IMG/VR virus record: IMGVR_UViG_3300043775_001610
Coordinates: 46,253 to 110,252 of that record
Strand: one strand, 5' to 3'
DNA from: a virus
DNA length: 64,000 nt
In this document: one piece after another, positions 1-9,500 of the stretch
How the letters are laid out: each line of letters starts with the position of its first letter
How positions within the stretch are numbered: the first letter of the stretch is position 1
Position numbers and translations under genes: made by a program
Notes under the pieces: generated by a model
Told to the model about the DNA's origin: nothing
The model's input: the letters and a program-made list of their open reading frames with translations, nothing else
Databases searched by the model: none

Positions 1-1
1 C

Positions 2-226
2 AAGAAGGTTCAAGATGCGGAAGATGAAGCTGCTACTCTTGGAATTTTAGTTGAAGCATGCGGAGTTGCACTAGAAGTTCAGCTGCCAGATCTTGTTCAA
101 GATATCGATAAGCTTGAAGAAGCATTAGATGTTCCAACAATTAATCGCATCCTTGAAGTTTGCGGAGGAATTAAGATGGACGACCCAAACCTAATAGCGG
201 CAGCGGTACTGGCTGGTCAGAACTAG
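2..226 (+). CDS. Tail assembly chaperone (gpG-like), 5' truncated by the window edge
   Basis: Open frame 2 ending ...ILEVCGGIKMDDPNLIAAAVLAGQN-TAG. It lies upstream of the tape measure gene and contains the slippery heptamer CCCAAAC. Confidence 0.8.
   Translation, partial: KKVQDAEDEAATLGILVEACGVALEVQLPDLVQDIDKLEEALDVPTINRILEVCGGIKMDDPNLIAAAVLAGQN
184..190 (+). other. -1 programmed ribosomal frameshift site C CCA AAC
   Basis: In-frame X XXY YYZ heptamer. The -1 frame is open from 190 to the stop at 561. A possible stem AGCGGC(196-201)/GCCGCT(232-237) starts 5 nt downstream. Confidence 0.8.
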
Positions 227-561
227 ATTTAGCCGCTTTAGAAGGCCAAGTTTTTCTTTTAGGTCACTGGAAGAATTACGAAGAGCTAGAAGAAAATTTA
301 TCGATGCCAGAATTGGTTCAAACCATAACAGCGATAAATGAAAAAGAGCATAACCAAAGAAGATTCGCAGCATCTCTAAAAGGAATACAATTAGATGATG
401 ATGTAGAAGAAAAAGAAAAAGGTTCTACCTTTGAGGATATCCAAAGAAGAGCTCTTGGAATTAAAGCATCAGCAGATGATGTTGTTGGTTTACAAGGTCC
501 CTTCGCAGCGCAAGCTGGATTTGGAATTGGCGCAGGGTTAGGATACTCTAGGAGTAATTAG
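190..561 (+). CDS. Frameshift extension of the tail chaperone (gpT part of gpGT)
   Basis: Frame 1 reads PNSGSGTGWSELDLAALEGQVFLLGHWKNYEELEENLSMPEL... The ORF track reports only 304-561. Confidence 0.75.
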   Translation, partial: PNSGSGTGWSELDLAALEGQVFLLGHWKNYEELEENLSMPELVQTITAINEKEHNQRRFAASLKGIQLDDDVEEKEKGSTFEDIQRRALGIKASADDVVGLQGPFAAQAGFGIGAGLGYSRSN

Positions 562-3500
562 TGGCTGACGAACAAATCGTAACCAGTATAGTCGCCAAAG
601 CCGACTTGTCTAGCCTTGTGTCTGAAGTACACAGGGCTAGCGCTAGTCTACAACAATTACAAAGAGAGCTTCTTTCTTCAAACAGAGCAATAGCTGCTTC
701 AACAAAGTTAGCAAATAACTTATTTAGAGATACACTGACTGGTAGTGGACAATACTCCAGCCACTTTGTAAACCTTAATTCTGATGTAGATAAGTTTGGT
801 AAAAACTTAGACGCTGGTAGATTAAAACTTAAAAACTATTTTTCAACATTTAGAGAGCATGCTACAACACAAAAGGGCATGATCAGGGAGCTTGCCAAAG
901 AGCAGGTAATGCTTCAGAATGCAGTACTTCAACCATTGGGTAGAAATGCTCAAGGTTTAATGCAGTACAATGTTATGATTCCTAGAGGTTTAGATGCTGT
1001 AAGAAATAGCGCACAACTAGCTCGAATGGAAATGCAGATAATGAATCGTGCATTGTCTGAAGGAGCAGGATCTTTAATTAACTGGGGTAAGAATACTCAG
1101 TGGGCAGGTAGACAGCTAACAGTTGGATTAACCGTTCCACTTACAATGTTTGGAGCGGCAGCTGGTAAAGCATTTAGAGAAGCAGATGCTGAATTAGTAA
1201 GATTAACAAAGGTTTACGGAGGACTAGCATCAACATCTGCACAAGATCTCAAAGCAATTAGAGAAGAAGTTGTGCAAACAGCAAAGTCTTTATCCCAAAC
1301 AATGGGAGCCTCATTTAAAGATACAATTGCATTGGGTGCTGATATTGCAGCGACTGGAAAGATGGGCAACGATCTTTTAGAGTCAATTTCAGAAACTACT
1401 AGACTTTCTATTTTGGGTGAAGTTGACAGACAAGATGCTATGAAAGCAACTCTATCAATTCAAACAGCATTTAAACAGAATACAGAAGAGCTTACAGAAT
1501 CAATTAACTTTTTAAACGCAGTTGAAAACCAGACATCAACTACACTTGCGGATTTAGTAGAAGCAATTCCAAAAGCAGGTCCAGTAATTCAGCAACTAGG
1601 CGGAGATGTCAAAGACTTAGCTCTTTATTTGACAGCAATGCGAGAAGGTGGAATTAATGCATCAGAAGGTGCTAACGCATTAAAGTCTGGACTTGCATCT
1701 CTTATAAACCCAACAAAACAAACTGTCGGTATGATGTCAGACTTTGGCATAGATGTTATGGGTATGGTTGCAAAAAATACTGGAGACACAACAGGCTTAT
1801 TAACAGACTTACAAAAAGCTTTAGACAGCCTTGACCCGTTAAGCAAAGCAAGGGCAATGGAGCAAATGTTTGGAAAGTTTCAGTTTGCAAGAATGAGCGC
1901 CTTGCTTAATAACCTAGGCAAAGAAGGTAGCCAGACACTTCAGGTTATGGAATTGATGAAAGCAAGCACTTCAGATTTAGCAGGAATTGCTGAGCGAGAA
2001 TTAGGAATGATAACGGAATCCGCTTCTGGAAAATATAGAAGAGCTATGGAATCCCTAAAAGCATCTCTGGCAGATATTGGAGAAGATTTCCTACCAGTTG
2101 CAACAAAGCTTGTAAATGCAGCAGCAAAGATATTAGACTTCTTTAGTAATTTACCATCCCCAATTAAAAAAGCAGTTACTTTCTTAGCAGGATTTACCGC
2201 ATTAGTTGGACCACTTATTATGTTAACTGGTGTTCTTGCTAACTTCTTTGGATACATAACTAAGGGTATTGTTCAACTAAGAGCATTCTTTATGAAAGCT
2301 AATGGATGGAAGATGCTTACTCCAGAAATTATTGCCGCTCAAAAAGCAGCAGAAATGGTGGAGAACGCATTTTATTCAGATGCAGCAGCAGCTCAAGTTC
2401 TTCACAATGCATTACAAAAACTTGTTTTAGATTATCAAAATTTGCAAGCAGCTTCGATGAAAAATGCTGTTCCTGTAAACCCAGGAGTAAGTACAGTTGG
2501 CGGTGCACCAGTAATGGTTGCTGGAAGAAGAGTTGTTGACCCTAATGATCCTTATGTAGGAGATGTTAACACTAGAGCAATGTCTCACATTAACCCTAGA
2601 GATCCTAATAATCCTGCAACAATATTTGGTGGTGTTCCTGGCGCAGTTCCAGTTAACAGAGGAATATCAAGAACCCCTCAAGTATACATGCATGATAGAC
2701 TTCCAAATATTGAAGGACTAACAAGTATAAAAGGAATATCGACAGGAATTGTTCCAGGAGAAGCAGCTAAATTTCACGCATTGATGGCAACACTTGGTAT
2801 GCAAACCAAGCAAGAGGTTGCGGAATTAAAGAAAACAATTGCTATGGGTGGAACAGTAAGCAGAGAGCTACTAGACACATTTGATGACATATTGCCAATA
2901 ACTCAAAGATTTGCAGATAGTGCAGCAACACAAGCAGCAGTAATTGTGCAGCAAATGAGAAATGCAGAAATAACAGTTGAGCAGGCAAAGGCAAGAATCT
3001 TAGCACTCAATGCACAAATAGAGGCAGACATGGGTACAGCGGTAAGCATGTATGCTGCAGGCCGAGGAAGAACGCTAGATTTAACAAGAGCTCCGATGAT
3101 GGATCAACCAGTTGTTGATGCAAATGGTCAGTTTACACTAAGAGATCTTTATAAGAAAAAAGCAAATGCTTCTGTGATGGAAGAGTTTGGAAGACTTCGT
3201 GGAGTAAGAACATTCGGCGCACCATATAGTATTCAAACAACAAGAATGCCTAGATTTAATACTGGAGGAGACGTAGAGTCGTTTGGCCCAAATAAAACTA
3301 TGGTGTCTGGTCCATCTTCAATTAACTATGACGATAGGTTGGGAGAGGTCCCTCTCGGTGGATATGTTTTAAATCAGCAGGCTTCCATGGATCCAGCAAA
3401 TGCTGATTTGGTTGCTATGGCTCCATCTACTTATTTGAATAATGGTGGAAGCATTACCGCAGCTCTTACCCCACGGGAGGTTGTCTTTGGTCCACAAATT

Positions 3501-6500
3501 CAAAGAATGCCTGAGCTTTATGCAGCCGTAGATGCAGCAAATAGTGGATATAATTTCGGCGGGCAGATTATGGCTGGTATTACTGGATATGGAAAGAAAA
3601 CATCTAATACTCCAGGAAGCAAAATGGATGAAAGACTGTTTAAAAAACAGTACAAGGAATATTTAAGATTTATTAATAACCCACGATATGAAGATGACAT
3701 GAGAGTAAGAATGATCATGTTGGACGCAGCAGAACTATCTTATACAGCAAAGATGCCTATGGATCAAGCTATAAAGACAGCAACATCTAATTTTGATTCT
3801 GCTAAAATACAATCTGGTGGATCTGATGAGAAATTTGTAAAGATAAGAATTAAACAGGTACAAGATTTAGAAAAAAAGCATAAAGAGCTAAAAGTTAAAA
3901 ATGCTAGAACTGCCGACACAAGCAGTAGCAAGGCTCTTAACTATAATTTAAACAAGGTCAGAGATGCAATGCTGGCTGACAAAAGCTTTGCTGCCGTCCA
4001 TGATTTAATAAAAGATGTTTCCCCAACAACATTTAAAAATCGTAAAGGAATGCCAATCATCCAAGGATTGCATGATAGAGCACACTTTAGGCGTCGAGGT
4101 ACACTTGGTTATATGACCAGCGGATACATGGGTCTTGCTGCAGTTATGCCTTCAGGAATAAATAATATAATGAGCAGGCTTGAAACTCTAGGACTATCAA
4201 GAGATGTTTTAAATTTAAATGCAGCAGATGCAAGAGAAAATTTTGCATTAGCTTTAAAGAAAACAGGTATGGATAAGTTTGCAACAGTAGACGATCTTTA
4301 TGCAGCAGTTATGGACGACGGTAAGTTTAAGACCAAGGCGCAAATAGAGTCTGGTAATGTTGTAAGAGCAAATAGAAAGCAGAGAGATTCTTGGAGCATG
4401 TTCTTACGAGCTGCAGCAACAAGACAGAAATGGATTCCAGGAAGACCACCTAGACTTGTACCAGCTGGATACAACCTTGGCGGAATGATTCCAGGAGGGG
4501 CTATATCTAGAAATAGATTAAACTACGGCAACATCGCTCCGCTGCTTAGGTTATTAACACCAAGTCAACAGCTAAAGGTTTTAGGTCATGCCCGTGCAAT
4601 GTCTTTTACAGGACGTTCTCCATACCCAAATACATCATATAGCCACATAATATCGCCAAGCACAGGTCGTAGTTTCCCTGTACCTGGAGTTGGTGGAGTT
4701 TATGATGATGATCAAAAGAACAGAGTGTTTTTTAAAGCGGTTCCAAATGAAAAAAGTTTAGTTGCAGAAACTCATGGAACAGCGATAGGAAGAATACTAA
4801 AAGTAATTACTCCAGTTCAAACTAGAAAAACAATTCCTAACCCACTAGATCCAACTGGAAAATCAAAGTTCCTTGGTGCAGAATCACCTTATGATGAAGG
4901 ATTTATTAATCCTAATACATCTATACCTGGAAAATTTAGTCAAGATGAAGTTTTAGATCAGCTTATTACATCTCTTATTTTTGGAAATAAAGATTTATCA
5001 AGAGCAAATGTTCATGGAAGACGACTAGCCGATGTTGGAAATGGAGGAGTATTAGCTAAGGCATCTATGAATGATGACTATGCAAAAACAATGCCTTCTA
5101 TGGAAGAGATGGCAATGATCAATTTGCTGCAAGTTCGTGGAGGGGCTAGAAAAGATTTTGCTCATGACACCGCTCCTATTATTGCACAAATGACTCCAAA
5201 GCAGTATGGGGATGCCATAAGAGAAAAAATGAAAGCGGCTTATCCAGAACTAAAGAAATATATACTTGCTATTCCTAAAAAAGAAAGAAAGCCTTACTTA
5301 GCTATGCTTGAAAGGTTTGAAACTGGCATGGATGTCGATTGGGCCAAATATCATTCTATGCATGCTAATCCTAAATTTAATGCTGGAGGACCAGTTGGTG
5401 GAGGTCCAGTTCAAAGAAACAGATATGCTTATGGACGCAAAAAAGATGGATCAAGAAGACTAGGTAACCCAGCTGCAAGAGCAGCGCAAGAAAGAGCAAG
5501 AGCAGAGAGATCTGCAGCTTATAACCCAAGCAGCGGATCTTCATATACAGCGACTGGAAATCCTCAGATGCAGGTAGCACGTGTTCCGTTTGTTGGAGGA
5601 ACTGGAGTTCGTGGTAATGCTTACACTGGAGTTCCTACTGAATCTATGGCCAGAACAGTTGGTGTGATGAGACTTGCACAATTCCCTCATATGAATATGC
5701 CAACAATGCCAATGAATATTCCAGGAATAGGTAACACGTCAGCAATAACAGCAGCATTTGCATCAATGGGAAATTCAATTAAAAGAGATTCAATGCAATT
5801 AGCAAAAGCTATAAAATTTAATGCACAATATATCTCTATGTCAACTAAAGAAAGTGCAATGTCTATTGTTAATAGAACAAAGTCTGCAGCAAATACAGTA
5901 ATGACTTATACAAAAGCTATATCAAGTCAAGTTCTGGCTTCATCAAAAGCACAAGTTTCAAGACTTAAATCAGCTGGTTCAAGGTTTTATAATTCAATTG
6001 TAGCTGAGCAAAATGCTTACGCAGCAACAAGATATCCAGTTGGACAAGCCCCACCACAAGGATTTTTTGGCCCAGGCTATGTTGGTAAATATAAAGATTT
6101 AGGTGAGGGGCTACAGTCTAGAAAAGTAGGAAGCCTAGGTTTTAGAAGAACAGAGTATCTAGTTAATGGCGTAAGCATGACTGCAAAGCAGGCAAAAGCA
6201 GAGGGAGTTAGAATACCTCAAAGAGCCAATGGAATGAGCGTGGGTGCTCAAATGGGAATTGGTATGGCTGGATCAATGGGTGGCATGGCATTGATGCAAC
6301 AAGAAAAGGTAAAGGTTTTTGGAACAGAGATGTCTGGAATGACTGCTGGAATGGGATTAATGGCTGCTACATCAATAATTCCAATGCTCCCTTTGGCAAA
6401 AATGCTTGCTGGAATTAAAGCTGGTGCAGCTTCAGCTAAAGCTGCAATACAGGGATTCTCAATGACAATGAAAGGCCTAAGAGCAGGAATTGCTTTACTA

Positions 6501-9500
6501 GCCAGATTTGCAAAAGGCTTTGGCCCAATTGGAATAGCTATAACAATAGCAACAGCAGGATTTAAAATTTATAAGGCAATTCAAGATGACTGGCAAGATG
6601 CCAGAATGGGTCTTTCAATGACTGCAAAAGCTGCAGAACAGGCAGGAGTGAAATACTTTAACTTGCAAGAAACAATGCAAGGCTATCTAGATAAGCAAAA
6701 AGCTGTAGCAGTTGCAGCTAAAGCATCACAATTTAATTCAATAGGAATGCCTGGACTTCCTAAATCTGTAGAAGATGTAAAAAAGGCTAAAGAAGAAGGA
6801 AAGGCCTTAAAAGAAGTTATTGAGTCTATTAATAGATCAACTAGTACAGAAGAAACAAAGAGACTTCTATCAACTCAAAAGGCTCAATATATTGCAGGCG
6901 GAATGAGTGTTGAAGAAGCAAACAGAAAGCTATATGGGGCATTGCTTAATAGTAATAAGGCTATGCAGGCATATGACATTCTAGGAAACAGTGCATTTGG
7001 AAAAATTGTAGACAAAGCAACGGCTGCAGAGTATGCTGTTGGAAACTTGATAAACACATTAAACAAAGGCTCAGGAACAGCTGATTGGTATAAAGAGGTT
7101 GCTGTAGGATTTGAAGGATTGATAAATACTTTCCAGGCAGCAACATCAAGCTTAATTGGAACAAAAGATGCAATGGGAAATGTTATAGATGATTATAAGG
7201 CTTATGACATGGTCATGTCTAGTTCAGAAAAAATGTATCCAGGGTTTACTGCCCCAATTGGTGAAGAGGCATATGATAACCTTAGCAAGACAAACAAGCT
7301 GTTGGCTGGAATTGTAACTAAATCAGATAGCGTAAAAAGTATATTAGCAAAATGGAGTTTATTTACATCTGGAGTTAGTTATGATTTAAGTAAGATTGGT
7401 CCAGAGTTGGCAATTCAGTTAGCTGGATTTTCTGAAGCAGTTGGATCAGGAATTACTCAATTAACTAAGGCAGGTGGAGACGCTACTACTTTTGGAAAAG
7501 TTGGGTCTGCTTTAGAAAAATTGAAAAAGCAAGTAAATGCTGTTAGCGCCGCTTCTCAAAGGGCTGCAGCTGCAGCTCAAAGAAGCGCACAAGAAGAATT
7601 AAAGCTGCTTGATAAAAAACTTAAAGCTATTGATGATGAAAAAAATAAAAAACTAGAATCTTTAAGAGCAACTCAAGAGGCATCAAATTACGCATTAGAG
7701 TTACAGAAACTTCAGATTGAGTATGCTGATGCTGTTTCTCGTGGAGATATGGCAGCAGCAAATCGTGCCCAATTAGAAATAGACCAGCTTACTTTAAACA
7801 GACAGTCAGAACTTGCTCAAAAAGCAATTGAAGATGCAGCAAATAGGGCAAAAGCTCCTATAGAAAAATCTAAAAATGCTATACAAGATAAAGCTGACAG
7901 AGATAATAACGCTAATCAAAATGCTACAGATAATGCAGCACAAGCGGCAGAAGTTTCTGAAAAGCTAGTTGGCTTCCAGCAATCATATAATGAGTTAATT
8001 GAGCGTGGAATAAAGGCAAAGCTTATGCCAGACCCAGAAAGAATAAGAGAAGAAAAGAAAGTGCAGGAAGGTCTCCTTGCACTAGCCAAAGAACTTCAGA
8101 CAGCTGGAACTGGAAACACAGCACTTGCTAAAGCAGTTCGTGAAGGATTCCAAAAATTAAAACTATTTGATAAAGATGGAAATCCTGTAAGCCTTACAAC
8201 AAAAGCGCCAGCAACAACTGGATCTGGAATGCCAAAAATTGGTCCAGATGGAAAAGTTGTAACTCCATCTCCAATAATAAACCCAGATCTTCTTAAGCAA
8301 TTTAGTAAAGATATGTTGGCAGTATCTGATATTGCAGAAAAAATAACTGGTGGTAAAACTAACTTAGATAGACTTAGAGTAGATTTGCTTCAAGCTTTAG
8401 GAGTTAATCCAGACAAATTATCAAAGACTGGTGTTGCTGGAAAAACTACTGGAACAGGTTTGCCAGGAGATCCTAAAAAATATTTTGATTCATCTGGCAG
8501 AGAGATATCAGAAAAAGAATATAAGAGTCTACCAGTAGGAGCACCTAAAGGCGCAAATGGTGTATCTGGAGAAACTTATATAGTCCCTATAAAAGGTCTA
8601 AGCAATAGAGAGTTTACAGGATATCCCGATGTTAGCTTAAAATTTGCTAAAGCAAATGGTGGCAAACTTACTTTCCAGGATACAAACGGATACATTTACT
8701 ATTCAAATGGTAAAGTTACGAAGGATGGAAAAACAGTTGGCGCATGGCTTGCTGCTCTACCAGGTGGAAACGGAAGATTAAAGTCTTACCATGAAGGCGG
8801 AAAAGTATTTGGCGAAGGAACTGCAACATCAGATTCTATTCCAGCAATGCTTTCGGATGGAGAATATGTATTTAGTGCAAAGGCTGTAGACGCTGCTGGC
8901 GGACCAGATGTTGTTGACAACTGGCACAAAGCACTTAGAAGAGCAGATGGCGGACCAATTTATCCTTTAGGTAAAAAACCAAAGTCTGCATACAACTCTA
9001 AGAATCAACCTACTGGAAGTCCTTACGGAAGATACTGGGGAGAATTAGAAAGACTATATCAAAGCTCACCAATCGGTTTTGATAAAAATGGAAAGCCTAT
9101 ATTTAATAATGCTGGAAAAGATCCATGGGGCGGAGTAGAGATACCAGGACTTCCATTTAGTGGCAAGGTAGGACAATTCTCAGATTACTGGCATCAGCTA
9201 GCAGAGCAACCAAGAAAGTATAGCGGTCCTGGAATGGGTCTTGACAAGGATCCAATGCGTTACGCAGGCTCTGGAGCTTCTATGGGAGGCATTGGAAACG
9301 GTGCTTACGGAGTTGGTCCACTTATGTTCCACGCAGGTGGGGCAGTCGGTCATAAGCATGATGTAAATCCAATTACAAAGGCATTTAGGTTCTTTAAGAA
9401 TGCAATGAATAATGGAACAAATCCAGCATCATCAATGATTATGGATATTATAAATCAGGCAGGGTACTTAGGGCAAACTGGCCTAAGCAGCCTGACAAAG

